Shown: positions 21,300 through 30,818 of the stretch, in pieces
Position numbering within the stretch: position 1 is the first letter of the stretch
Layout of the letters: every line of letters starts with the position of its first letter
Source: Bacillota bacterium
GTDB taxonomy: Bacteria > Bacillota > Ch66 > Ch109
DNA length: 64,000 nucleotides
Assembly: GCA_050952625.1 (NCBI GenBank)
Contig: JBMNLH010000004.1
Span: 321,697 to 385,696 of the forward strand
Direction of reading: 5' to 3'
Translations under genes and position numbers: made by a program
Notes under the pieces: generated by a model
What the model was told of the DNA's origin: nothing
What the model saw: the letters and a program-made list of their open reading frames with translations, nothing else
Databases searched by the model: none

Positions 21300-21702
21300 T
21301 AATTAAAATAACTAAATCAAGTACTCAGTAATAAAGATTCTGGAATAGCAGCTTTAATCCTGCAAAATATCATAATATTGTTTTGAAAAGAGCTCCAAAC
21401 TTTCAGAAGCTTCCGGGTTTGTTTGTCACTCCCGAAAACTTTTTATCAAAGTACTATACATAAGGTAGTTGTTATTGATAAGCTTATTGGTTATAATATA
21501 ATTACGGCTGATGTTGGAACGTCTGTTACCACGCGAGCATCTTCTTGTATGCTATCAGCCTAAATCTTTTCAAAAACATGGCTTATTTTTTGGCCATGTC
21601 TTTTTGTCTTTTAGCGTACTACAGGGACATCCCCTTGTTGGCTTGTTTTATACAATAAAATATAGTAACATGAAAAAGATCTCTTTGAAGGAGGTGGTAA
21701 AG

Positions 21703-21864
21703 ATGTGTGCTTTTGCTGGAAGACAAATGGCGGCTGTCCGGATGATTTTCGGTAGTGCTGCAGTTTATCGGGAAAGGTTAGCCTATATCAACCAATTAAA
21801 TTATAATAATTCCGGAGAAGGCACATCTTTATTACTACCCTTTTTCATATCCATAATATTTTAA
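21703..21864 (+). CDS. putative leader peptide (53 aa) upstream of MFS efflux gene
   Basis: Strong RBS AAGGAGGTG 7 nt before ATG; followed by a terminator before the MFS start. Confidence 0.45.
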   Translation: MCAFAGRQMAAVRMIFGSAAVYRERLAYINQLNYNNSGEGTSLLLPFFISIIF

Positions 21865-21905
21865 GTTATAGGATTCGCATTATGAATTATAGGCTTAGTA
21901 TGATG

Positions 21906-21934
21906 AAGACGGTGGTGCATTCTGCCGTTTTTTT
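21906..21934 (+). terminator. intrinsic terminator/attenuator in MFS leader
   Basis: AAGACGGTGG-TGCATT-CTGCCGTTTT then T run, about 36 nt before MFS ATG. Confidence 0.6.
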
Positions 21935-21970
21935 GTGTCTTTCTTCCAGAAATGAAGAAAGGACGGTTTT

Positions 21971-23194
21971 ATGAACACAAACCTGCAACCGGACAATGAT
22001 TCTGCCTGGCAGAAGAAGATAGCTTTATTTTTAATCAGTCAGAATTTATCGCTATTCGGTTCCTCAGTGGTTAGCTTCGCCATTATTTGGCATATCACTC
22101 TGCAAACCTCATCCGGTTTTTGGGTAATGCTGTTTACCATTTGCTCCTTATTGCCTCAGGTGCTGATTTCTCTCTGGGCCGGCGTCTGGGCGGACCGGTA
22201 TAATCGTAAATACCTCATTATGCTGGCGGATGGTTTCATTGCCCTGGCCACGCTAGGTCTGGCAATTGCTTATTGGGTCGGGTATCAGAAAATGGAGCTG
22301 CTTTTAGTTATTTCCCTGATCCGCTCAATTGGGGCCGGGATTCAAATGCCCGCGGCTAGTGCGGTGTACCCGCAGATCGTGCCGCTGGAAAAGTTGACCA
22401 GGGTGCAGGGGATTAATCAAACTTTAAGTTCCGTGTTAATGCTGCTCTCTCCCGCTGTGGGCGGTATTGTACTCGGGTTTTTGGGGATTACCTGGGCATT
22501 TATGGTGGATGTGGTCACTGCTTCACTAGCAATCGCGGTTCTCAGCTTTCTTCGTCTCGAAAAGGTGGCTCGGTTCGGGGAAATCGCTCCGGTGTTTACC
22601 GAATTGCGCCAGGGGATAAGCTACGCCCTTAATCACCAGCTATTAAAGCGAGTTTTAATCTGTTTTGGGGTGTCTTTTTTCCTGTCCACCCCGGCGGCGG
22701 TATTGACCCCATTATTGGTAGAACGCAGTTTTGGCAGCGATGTTTGGCGACTGACCGCCAATGAAGTAGTTTGGACGATTGGTTCTTTAGTGGGCGGGGT
22801 CTTTGTCTCCCTGCACGGTGAATTTAAAGATAAAATCCGTACCGCGGCCATCTGTTTAGTAAGCTTCGGCATCACTTTCGCTCTCCTGGGCATTGCCAAT
22901 AATTTCACTATTTATTTGCTTATTATGGGTATAGCCGGTTTCTTCATGCCGATTATCGCCACCGCGCAAACAGTATTGATTCAGCAGAATGTCGAAGGTG
23001 CCATGATGGGGCGGGTGTTTTCATTTGTCCAAATCGTTGCCGGCAGCGCAATGCCAATCGCCATCTTGCTTTTCGGCCCCCTGGCAGATATCATATCAAT
23101 CAATTCGATTTTATCGGTATCAGGTGCCCTGCTCGCCATAACCGGTATTTGGTACAACCACGGGGACGGTTCTTGTGGCAGGGGGTATCAATGA
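21971..23194 (+). CDS. MFS efflux pump, Mef(A)/DHA3-like
   Basis: SQNLSLFGSSVVSFAIIW, AGVWADRYNRK, MMGRVFS, FGPLAD. Confidence 0.88.
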   Translation: MNTNLQPDNDSAWQKKIALFLISQNLSLFGSSVVSFAIIWHITLQTSSGFWVMLFTICSLLPQVLISLWAGVWADRYNRKYLIMLADGFIALATLGLAIAYWVGYQKMELLLVISLIRSIGAGIQMPAASAVYPQIVPLEKLTRVQGINQTLSSVLMLLSPAVGGIVLGFLGITWAFMVDVVTASLAIAVLSFLRLEKVARFGEIAPVFTELRQGISYALNHQLLKRVLICFGVSFFLSTPAAVLTPLLVERSFGSDVWRLTANEVVWTIGSLVGGVFVSLHGEFKDKIRTAAICLVSFGITFALLGIANNFTIYLLIMGIAGFFMPIIATAQTVLIQQNVEGAMMGRVFSFVQIVAGSAMPIAILLFGPLADIISINSILSVSGALLAITGIWYNHGDGSCGRGYQ

Positions 23195-23366
23195 CAATTA
23201 TCAATATGAGTGTCCCGCAAATGCTCGGGTTTGCTGCCCTGGTCGCCAAAGCTGCCGAATTACTGCCGCAATACAAGACATTGAGGAAAAAGTGTTGACA
23301 CAAAACCCCAGCACGATTGTAGATAAGTTGTGCCGGGGTTCCTTTTTGTCAATGACTTTGCAATCC

Positions 23367-23460
23367 GTTGATAAGAATAGTTATCTCGAATACGCTCTGG
23401 GTTATATAATTTAATATTCGACAAATTTCGGAGAGGGACAGACCCCGTTTAGGAGAAACT
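23367..23460. repeat. about 90-bp dispersed element, copy 1 (core TTCGACAAA(T/A)TTCGG(A)GAGGGACAGACCCC)
   Basis: Related copies at 24958-25079, 29890-29990, 32030-32096. Confidence 0.75.
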
Positions 23461-23520
23461 GGAAAGACGACAACCTTCCGGTTTCTTCCTATAGATGCAG
23501 GGTTAAAAAGCTACCCAGTC

Positions 23521-24459
23521 TTAATTTAATGCCTCAATGACTTTAGCTGCATCATTAATATTATCAGCGACTATTAGTTCCTCAATAAACCTGTCTAAGG
23601 CAGTTTCATCGGTTATCTTCCTTACTCTTTCCTGCAGTTCCGTTGATTCTGGGCCAAATTTTTTAGCCAACAACTTACATATCGATTCTTGTTTTCCTTC
23701 CGTTCTACCCTTCTCCATGCCTTTTCGCATGCCCTTTCGCATACCCTTCTCCTCAAACTCTCGGTACAGCTCCTGAAATGGTTGGGCCATTCTTAACACC
23801 TCCAATATCTTGGATTTCTCTGGTTCCTGCAACAAACTGTAGTTGGTTCCTACCATGGCCCCAATCAGGTAGTAGCCCATATCTTTTTCCGGGTAGTTTT
23901 CCAGCACTTCTGTCATTTCTAAGGCCCGTCGGGACCGACTGCTGATTTTACTGCTCATCATTGGTAAAAGGATAATCTTCATTTTATCCAGATTCCTTAA
24001 GGGTTCTCCTCTTAGGATCCGATCCTTTAACTCAAGGAATACTTGATCTCCATCAAAGTCTTTTTCCAGGTAGATAACGGACTGGGTCTGACGGATTGAG
24101 CCAATATCCAAGGGCTCAGGTGCTTGCTTAATTCCAGCACCATAGATAACAATGCGGTGGATTTTTTGTCTGCGTTGTTTATAAAGTTCCAAATCGTAAT
24201 GACCATAGCGGATTTGATCATCTAGAGTTGGTTCGCTGGATTCGAACTCTAGATGGGCGATGGTATTATCAGCTAAGATAAAGTTGATGTCCATATCACG
24301 GTCTTTAACTTCAATCAATGGTACTTTGGTTTGAATTACATCGACGATCTTTGCTAGTTTTAAGTCATAGAATTCTAATATTTCATCTTTAAAGGTTACG
24401 CTTAGGGAGCGCAAAGCTATGTCTTTATGGTGATAAGGAATCTTTAGTTCTGCACTAAT
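23521..24459 (-). CDS. Rpn/YhgA-like PD-(D/E)XK family protein with DUF4351-like C-terminus, copy 1
   Basis: HHKDIALRSL, DMDINF..HLEFES, EKGM repeats, LLAKKFG; frame open to ATT 24459 after GGGGAGG. Confidence 0.75.
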   Translation of the reverse strand: MSAELKIPYHHKDIALRSLSVTFKDEILEFYDLKLAKIVDVIQTKVPLIEVKDRDMDINFILADNTIAHLEFESSEPTLDDQIRYGHYDLELYKQRRQKIHRIVIYGAGIKQAPEPLDIGSIRQTQSVIYLEKDFDGDQVFLELKDRILRGEPLRNLDKMKIILLPMMSSKISSRSRRALEMTEVLENYPEKDMGYYLIGAMVGTNYSLLQEPEKSKILEVLRMAQPFQELYREFEEKGMRKGMRKGMEKGRTEGKQESICKLLAKKFGPESTELQERVRKITDETALDRFIEELIVADNINDAAKVIEALN

Positions 24460-24747
24460 AGGTATCCTCCCCTTATTGTTATTTTACCAGGTTGTAAGGG
24501 TTAAAGTAAATTTACAGCTAACAATGAAAATACGTTAAGGAACCGGTAACTTGGTATCTTTTCTTTCTCGTTTTTCAAGGGTGTTTACCTAGCCGGCTTA
24601 GCTGAACCTCCCCAATGGCTAAAGCTAGGGAGTTCTAAGCCCCTGTATTGGCTTACCATGAATATTTCCCTGTCTTCGTTCCTCTCTCAGCCGAACTTCT
24701 CCAGCCATCTGGCAACCTATACCATTAGTTTACCATACAATCTTCTC

Positions 24748-24761
24748 GAACACAAGTTCTA
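24748..24761. promoter_or_regulatory. LexA/DinR (SOS) box-like site
   Basis: CGAACACAAGTTCT (GAAC-N4-GTTC); same site at 61527-61540. Confidence 0.55.
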
Positions 24762-24957
24762 TCAGGCCTAATCAGCAAAGAATTATGCATAGTGTAAAAT
24801 TGTTACAGGAAAAAAGAAACTAGAAACTACACTTTTTGGTAAAATAAATTAATAGAGGTGGTAGAGCCACAACTTTGTTTTCAAAAGACAACTTGCATAA
24901 TCAAAAAAAGAAAACATTGAAAAAATAAAAATATACTTCGATCCAGAGCTTAATATT

Positions 24958-25079
24958 CCTAATCCCAGAAGGAGAAGGTATAAACGTACTGTTGATAAGA
25001 ACAGTTATCTCGAATACATTCTGGTTATATCTAATATTCGACAAAATTCGGGGAGGGACAGACCCCATTTAGGAGAAAT
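24958..25079. repeat. about 90-bp dispersed element, copy 2
   Basis: Similar to 23367-23460; shares CCCAGAAGGAGAAGGTATAA with 29890 copy. Confidence 0.75.
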
Positions 25080-25153
25080 CCCGCCTCGACCGCAAGACCA
25101 CCAAGGAAGGCCGCTGGGGAAGAAGGGTGCCGTTTATAGTAATTGATGTTAAA

Positions 25154-25185
25154 AGAAAACCACCTTTTGAGATTAGGGTGGTTTT
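25154..25185. terminator. intrinsic terminator after yafQ
   Basis: AAAACCACCTT-loop-AGGGTGGTTTT hairpin. Confidence 0.7.
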
Positions 25186-25197
25186 ATATCATTTGCT

Positions 25198-25470
25198 TTA
25201 AAATAAATCGCTATGGGTTCCTGTTCGTGTCAAGGATAACGTCAAGATGTCCTTTTCAATTTTATATATGAGCAACCAGTCAGGGGTAATGTGGCATTCC
25301 CGGTGACCGCTGTAATCACCCGAAAGCGGATGGTCAAAGTATTTTTGAGGAAGGGGTTTTTCCTGAACAAGAATATTTAGCACTTCCTCTAAAAGTTTTA
25401 CATTATAACCTCGTTTTACAATGGTTTTGAAATCCTTTTTAAATCTAGTGGAGTATCTGATTTTAAGCAT
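25198..25470 (-). CDS. yafQ: YafQ family mRNA interferase toxin
   Basis: FKKDFK, DHPLSGDY.GHRECHITPDWLLIY, RTGTHSDLF. Confidence 0.93.
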   Translation of the reverse strand: MLKIRYSTRFKKDFKTIVKRGYNVKLLEEVLNILVQEKPLPQKYFDHPLSGDYSGHRECHITPDWLLIYKIEKDILTLSLTRTGTHSDLF

Positions 25471-25732
25471 TGAGATCATCCATTAAGTCTTTAACGCTGT
25501 CAAAGGTTTTGCTCATGTTGCGGTTGTTATTAACATCATCGATTGCGGCCCGTGTTTCCTCATTGGGTGTGTCAAGGCGAAGGTCAAAAGGAATGCCGCC
25601 GTAACGAACGGAGTAACGTAAAAACATATTCATAGCAGTGGACATGTTGAGGCCAAGCTCGCTAAAGATAGCTTCGGCTTTACGCTTTAATTCCTTATCG
25701 ACACGAACATTTATATTGGTTGTACCAGCCAT
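25463..25732 (-). CDS. dinJ: DinJ/RelB family antitoxin
   Basis: INVRVDKELK..A..IFSELGLNMSTA.NMFL...GGIPF...PNEET. Confidence 0.92.
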   Translation of the reverse strand: MAGTTNINVRVDKELKRKAEAIFSELGLNMSTAMNMFLRYSVRYGGIPFDLRLDTPNEETRAAIDDVNNNRNMSKTFDSVKDLMDDLNA

Positions 25733-25880
25733 AATTTCAGCTCCTTTCTATACTTATATTGTAAAACATTGTATGCAATTTATCAATAAACTGCACTAAT
25801 ATGTTTTACTTTGTGTTGAACAAGCATCCAGCCATAGGGGGGTGAAAATCGCTGGAAACGGAAGCAAAACGGAGCGGGCA

Positions 25881-26096
25881 ATGGCAACTTCATCATTTGA
25901 TAAAGATTTTACTTTGAACGGCAAAAAAGCTGTAAGGTCGTTTGAAAGAATTGCCTCTACTCCCGCTCAGAGCGTTATAATAGATAGAAGTCTGACTTCA
26001 CCTGCCAGAGTTGTACAAGGTGAGAAAAGATTAAAACAAATAATTACCCTGTTAAAGAAGCTGCGATACCAGGTTATATTAAAGCCCATAACCTGA
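25881..26096 (+). CDS. small hypothetical protein (possible remnant)
   Basis: MATSSFDKDF ORF after GGAG; no clear partner gene. Confidence 0.35.
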   Translation: MATSSFDKDFTLNGKKAVRSFERIASTPAQSVIIDRSLTSPARVVQGEKRLKQIITLLKKLRYQVILKPIT

Positions 26097-26144
26097 AATA
26101 AGGCGAGAGAAAAAAGTATATTATTATTATTAAAATATGGTTGA

Positions 26145-26372
26145 ATGTTTTGCGCTCCTGATGAGCATAACCCGCCGCACTTTCATGCGTATTATGGAAA
26201 GTATAAAGCTATAATCGATATAAACACTTGTGAACTAATTAAGGGGAACCTGTCTAGAAAACAGCTTAAGTTAGTTCTAGCTTGGGCAGAATTAAGGCAG
26301 GATGAATTATTGGCGAACTGGACATTGGCAATGAATAGTGAATTGCCGTTTAAAATTGAGCCATTGAGATAG
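26145..26372 (+). CDS. DUF4160 family protein (putative toxin), N-terminus probably truncated
   Basis: EHNPPHFHAYY, LVLAWAELRQDELLANW, FKIEPL. Confidence 0.85.
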   Translation: MFCAPDEHNPPHFHAYYGKYKAIIDINTCELIKGNLSRKQLKLVLAWAELRQDELLANWTLAMNSELPFKIEPLR

Positions 26373-26892
26373 GGGTGACGAATCATGTATTTATCGGTAG
26401 TGGGCGTTAAACCCTTGGAGAACTATGGACTTCTGTTAACTTTTGAAAACAGAGAGAAAAGACTATTCGATATGACGTCCTACCTGGACAAAGGAATTTT
26501 TAAAGAACTGAAAGATGAGAAGTTATTTAGGTCGGTGCGAGTAAGTTTTGATAGCGTAGAGTGGTGCAATCAAGCGGATATTGATCCGGAGGTTCTTTAC
26601 GAAGAAAGTGTGGCTTATCAATAACTTTAAGAAAACCTTTATGAATAATAAGCTTATATTTCCTAAACATATGGGTAATGTTACTAATCATATTTACTAG
26701 AACTACAATGAAAAGTTAAGAAGCCCCCAAGCCTTTGTCCCATGCGGGTTTGCGGGGTTTTTAATATACAGGAAACCAGGGGCTTTAGTGCTATTAACCT
26801 TTGAGATGTTGAAGTAACATTTAGTCAGACCTTAACCGCTACTCAGGCAGTAGAAACGGCAATGAATGGTAGCTATGAAGTGTATGCCGAAG
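26354..26892 (+). repeat. about 540-bp near-exact direct duplication, copy 1
   Basis: Matches 29241-29781 from AATTGAGCCATTGAGATAGG to TGTATGCCGAAG. Confidence 0.92.
26385..26624 (+). CDS. DUF2442 family protein (putative antitoxin)
   Basis: VKPLENY.LLLTFEN.EKRLFD, W.NQADIDPEVLY. Confidence 0.88.
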   Translation: MYLSVVGVKPLENYGLLLTFENREKRLFDMTSYLDKGIFKELKDEKLFRSVRVSFDSVEWCNQADIDPEVLYEESVAYQ

Positions 26893-26969
26893 GGACAAAT
26901 AAAGAAAAACGTATCAGTAACTGATAAAATCCTATTCTTCCGTTCCGAAAATTTAGGGGAGAGTGTCAA

Positions 26970-27470
26970 ATGTCAGGTGAACCAATTATATATTTGGAGG
27001 ATATTGCCGATAAAATGGAAGAAGCCAGTGATGAGTGGCGACACTTTCTGAACATTAAAACGAGTGAGTTTCTTTCATTTCAGTCCGCACATCTGAGGAT
27101 CGCCGAGGATTTGGAATCGGTTGATGAACTTGCAGAATACAGAGACTGGGAACGCGATATGATCCGGGAAGCCATTGATATGCTCTCCAATTGGGATGAC
27201 TATGTGGAGCTTCCATCGCAGTATGATATCCACGAATACCACCTCATGGAAGACTTTACCAAAGCAACGTCTGACCGGCGTAAGCAGGAACTGTTGCTTG
27301 CTGCGCTAAAGGGCAATAGGGCTTTTCGGCGGTTCAAAGACACACTGATTCGCGTCGGTCTTGAAAATGAATGGTATGAGTACCGTTATTTAGCGTTTAT
27401 AGAAATCGCTAAAGAGTGGTGCAAAGACAATAAAATAGTATACAAAACGAAGAGCCTTGGGCCGAAATAA
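26970..27470 (+). CDS. UPF0158 family protein
   Basis: LPSQYDIHEYHLMEDF, AFRRFKD, W...IAKEWC. Confidence 0.82.
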   Translation: MSGEPIIYLEDIADKMEEASDEWRHFLNIKTSEFLSFQSAHLRIAEDLESVDELAEYRDWERDMIREAIDMLSNWDDYVELPSQYDIHEYHLMEDFTKATSDRRKQELLLAALKGNRAFRRFKDTLIRVGLENEWYEYRYLAFIEIAKEWCKDNKIVYKTKSLGPK

Positions 27471-27607
27471 TGCATTAGTTAGTCAATAGTTAGAGAGATT
27501 ATGAAGATATACAGAACCTGCCTAAACTTCTGGCTTCAGGCTACTCGGTAAGTTCTGCCCAAGGAAACATCGAAAAGAGTCTTAAATCATAAGCCCCATT
27601 TTGAGAG

Positions 27608-27898
27608 CTATTTAATGTAACGCTTTAGCTGTTCGTAAAAGTTTTCTCGGGTCCCGGCAAGAAGAACTATAATCTTTTTTCCATTAACTTCACTAATGGT
27701 ATAAGCAATTTCATAATTAACACCTTTGTATTTTACATCAAAACCATAGATGCCAGCTAAGTCCCCACGTTTTGGCTGACCAATATAAGGATTTTTCTTT
27801 AATTTAAGAAGGGCTGTTTTATAAGCTTCTTTTAAAGGCTTTTCTTTTATTTTTTTAAAGAAGCGTTCAGCCTGAGGACTGAATAATATTTCATACAT
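27608..27898 (-). CDS. RelE/ParE superfamily toxin
   Basis: NPYIGQPKRGDLAGIYGFD, YEIAY, LAGTRENFYEQLKRY. Confidence 0.85.
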   Translation of the reverse strand: MYEILFSPQAERFFKKIKEKPLKEAYKTALLKLKKNPYIGQPKRGDLAGIYGFDVKYKGVNYEIAYTISEVNGKKIIVLLAGTRENFYEQLKRYIK

Positions 27899-27900
27899 AA

Positions 27901-28271
27901 TCAGTCCTCCGAGCCAAAGATGTCATCGAAATTAGCTGCTTTCTTTTCGCCAGCTGCAATAGCATCTGCTTCTTCTAAGCATATTGGTAACAGCCTTTTT
28001 AATATTTTTGCTTTGTATTTCAAATTGCTTTACCAATTCATCGCCGGAATACCCTTGGGAAACTAGATCTTTTAGAATCTCAACGGAAAATTCATTGAGG
28101 TTCCCTATGAAGAGGCTGAATAATAATTTTACCGTCTTCAAGTATGCATTCGACCTCGCTGCCAAGATTAAGGTGTTTATAGAATTGCAAGGGTATCGTA
28201 ATTTGACGCTTCTTTGAAACGCTGATTATTTTACGATCCATAATATCACGCTCCACAGTATCTACAGACAT
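27901..28271 (-). pseudogene. AbrB/MazE family antitoxin with two frameshifts
   Basis: MDRKIISVSKKRQITIPLQFY...IIIQPL / EFSVEILKDLVSQGYSGDEL / EEADAIAAGE...FDDIFG in three frames. Confidence 0.75.
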
Positions 28272-28392
28272 AGTTCAAACCTCCTTTATAGTATATGCCA
28301 AAGCTATAAGTAAAATACAAATTTCTTTGCATCTTTATAAGTATTATAACAAGGAAACAAAGAAAACTCAATAAAATAAGGGATGATAAAAC

Positions 28393-28555
28393 ATGGACAT
28401 TCAAAAAATACGCTGGCGAAATTAAACCCCGGCTTAATAACAACCCCAGGAAAGACCTCAAGCCCGGCGACCCGGAATACGAAAAACTGAAAAAATCCAT
28501 GGAAACCTTCGGTAATGTGGATCCAATTGTGTGGAATAGAAGAACCGGCATTCAT
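28393..28555 (+). pseudogene. ParB-like N-terminal fragment (phage DNA methylase type)
   Basis: NPRKDLKPGDPEYEKLKKSMETFGNVDPIVWNRRTG, interrupted. Confidence 0.6.
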
Positions 28556-28686
28556 AATGGGTGATTATAATGACCCGTTGGGTATAGTGGAAGAAATTAT
28601 AAAAACAGGTATAGAGATCCCGTTAACCAAAGTTAGCTCATTCTAAAAAGATAGTAAGAGGTACCGGGAAAGCCGCCAAAACCATC

Positions 28687-28890
28687 ATGAAGGTGTTTAA
28701 TTACCTGGAGGGCAGCCCCGTCATCGATATCAAGAAAACCAGTCAGGAATTAGGGATATCTTTTAATGCGGCAGCCAATGCTGTTAATAAACTTGTTGAG
28801 CTGGGGATTTTAAAGCAGACAGAAAATGTTCAAAGAAACAGGGTGTTTGCCTACGATGAGTATTTAAACATTCTGCGTAAAGATACCTAG
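28687..28890 (+). pseudogene. C-terminal wHTH fragment of a Fic family protein
   Basis: ELGISFNAAANAVNKLVELGIL...RNRVFAYDEYLNIL; Fic core absent. Confidence 0.6.
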
Positions 28891-29240
28891 CAAATGCACC
28901 TGACAAAAGGGTGCTTTTTTCATGCCCAATTTTAAGCAGGTGTGGTGGCTAAACAGGAAGGATTTGCTGACCACCGGGAAATGGCTGAAGTACATGAAAA
29001 CCAAGGGCTACGAACGGAACGTCCATAAAAACAATTACGTCAAAGCGTTGGGTAGGATTGAGGATGGACAGGATATAGGGGCTCCACAACCAGAGCCAAT
29101 TAACCAATCAGCTAGCGGGGAAATACCAGGGGGGATAGGGGAATGCCTGCCCTTCATTCGTTTTCTGTATGAAAAAAGGGACGACCTGTACCAGCTTTTA
29201 TTCGGCACCAGGGAAGACGGTAAAATACCAAGATACGCTG

Positions 29241-29781
29241 AATTGAGCCATTGAGATAGGGGTGACGAATCATGTATTTATCGGTAGTGGGCGTTAAACC
29301 CTTGGAGAACTATGGACTTCTGTTAACTTTTGAAAACAGAGAGAAAAGACTATTCGATATGACGTCCTACCTGGACAAAGGAATTTTTAAAGAACTGAAA
29401 GATGAGAAGTTATTTAGGTCGGTGCGAGTAAGTTTTGATAGCGTAGAGTGGTGCAATCAAGCGGATATTGATCCGGAGGTTCTTTACGAAGAAAGTGTGG
29501 CTTATCAATAACTTTAAGAAAACCTTTATGAATAATAAGCTTATATTTCCTAAACATATGGGTAATGTTACTAATCATATTTACTAGAACTACAATGAAA
29601 AGTTAAGAAGCCCCCAAGCCTTTGTCAGCATGCGGTTTTGCGGGGTTTTTAATATACAGGAAACCAGGGGCTTTAGTGCTATTAACCTTTGAGATGTTGA
29701 AGTAACATTTAGTCAGACCTTAACCGCTACTCAGGCAGTAGAAGCCGCAAAGAATGGTAGCTATGAAGTGTATGCCGAAGA
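29241..29781 (+). repeat. about 540-bp near-exact direct duplication, copy 2
   Basis: Matches 26354-26892. Confidence 0.92.
29272..29511 (+). CDS. DUF2442 family protein, identical orphan copy
   Basis: Protein identical to 26385-26624. Confidence 0.85.
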   Translation: MYLSVVGVKPLENYGLLLTFENREKRLFDMTSYLDKGIFKELKDEKLFRSVRVSFDSVEWCNQADIDPEVLYEESVAYQ

Positions 29782-29889
29782 CGCGTTGGGGACAAACTTT
29801 CAGGCAATTCCATCAGCTTTTAGACATTTTAGCTGTTGAAATACTAACTGGTGATGCGGTTTAAAGGCGCGTTAACCGATAGGTCCAAT

Positions 29890-29990
29890 TCCTACTCCCA
29901 GAAGGAGAAGGTATAAGCATGGTTCGCATTAGTAATTCTAATGGGGAATACGACAAATTTCGAGGAGGGACAGACCCTCTTCGGGAATAG
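29890..29990. repeat. about 90-bp dispersed element, copy 3
   Basis: CGACAAATTTCGAGGAGGGACAGACCC; abuts brnA stop codon. Confidence 0.65.
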
Positions 29991-29993
29991 TAA

Positions 29994-30275
29994 TTATCCT
30001 TCTTTCCTAATTGCCTCTACAACCCACATCCGGATCAACGTTTGATAGGGGATGCCTTTGCTTTGGGCAATCCGTTTTGCAGCTAAAATTTGGTCGTCGC
30101 TGAGGCGCAGGGTAACTCTTTTGAGGGTAGATCTCGCTTCGATAGATGCCCGTAACTCTTGTGACATTTCCAGGTCATCGGGTTCACTTTCTGCAAGATG
30201 ATCTACAAAGCTTTGTCTATCCCAATATTCCGCTTCTTCTTTTTCATTTTTAAAGGGAGGAATTTTTTTGGGCAT
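29994..30275 (-). CDS. brnA: BrnA/CopG-like antitoxin
   Basis: IPPFKNEKEEAEYWD, VTLRL..K.IA..KGIPYQTLIR. Confidence 0.85.
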   Translation of the reverse strand: MPKKIPPFKNEKEEAEYWDRQSFVDHLAESEPDDLEMSQELRASIEARSTLKRVTLRLSDDQILAAKRIAQSKGIPYQTLIRMWVVEAIRKEG

Positions 30276-30278
30276 AAC

Positions 30279-30563
30279 TTAGTGCCTCCTTTCCCGACGG
30301 TAGTATCTTCGCTCTTTTTCGTCCATATCACGGCAGGTGATGACTCTTAAAATTCCTTCTGGTTTAAGTATAAATACGACGAAAAGGTAACGACCACTGT
30401 CAGTTTGGCCAAGTGCTATTCGCCTATCTTCGTAAGTTTTTCGAAGCAGAGGGCGATTAATGAAAACCTCTTCGACTTCTTCGGGCTCAATTCCATGTCG
30501 TTCCATTATATGATTAATGTTACCGTTGTCCCATTCAAAGGCTCGTATTTGCAATTTAATCAC
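30279..30563 (-). CDS. brnT: BrnT family toxin
   Basis: FEWD.GN..H...HGI..EE.EEVF, GRYLFVVF, RVITCRDM..KERRYY. Confidence 0.9.
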   Translation of the reverse strand: MIKLQIRAFEWDNGNINHIMERHGIEPEEVEEVFINRPLLRKTYEDRRIALGQTDSGRYLFVVFILKPEGILRVITCRDMDEKERRYYRRERRH

Positions 30564-30726
30564 CTTAATTTAGAATATAAACAAACGTCTTGCTTCTGTC
30601 AAGACGCATGCCTTTTCTAACAAAATAAAACCTGATAAGGATATAACTGTTATAGTATGTAATTTTAGAGATTATAGTGAAGCGGCTCGGTGGGGGTCGC
30701 TTTTTTCTTTGACCAATCAACTTGAT

Positions 30727-30754
30727 TGAAGAAGTTGAGCATTTCTTACGATAA
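30727..30754 (+). promoter_or_regulatory. sigma-D (FliA)-like promoter of flagellin 1
   Basis: TGAA-16bp-TACGATAA; similar block at 40508-40535. Confidence 0.6.
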
Positions 30755-30818
30755 TTAAAAAAAGGTATTCCTATGTAATTGATAGCCCTTTAACTTGTTA
30801 TCAAGAAGGACTACAACT

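Noticed and set aside
21511-21702. Longer 117-aa version of the leader ORF
   Set aside because: No SD at 21511; the strong SD lies before ATG 21703
26658-26688. dif-like site ATTTCCTAAAC...TAATGTTACT (also in the duplicate)
   Set aside because: Right arm and spacer length deviate from the Firmicutes dif consensus; cannot be supported by eye
28246-28555. Minus-strand ORFs 28246-28551 and 28304-28555
   Set aside because: Shadows of the plus-strand ParB-like remnant and the antitoxin promoter
29920-29990. 23-aa ORF (MVRISNSNGEYDKF..) inside the ~90-bp element
   Set aside because: Frame not conserved in the other three copies
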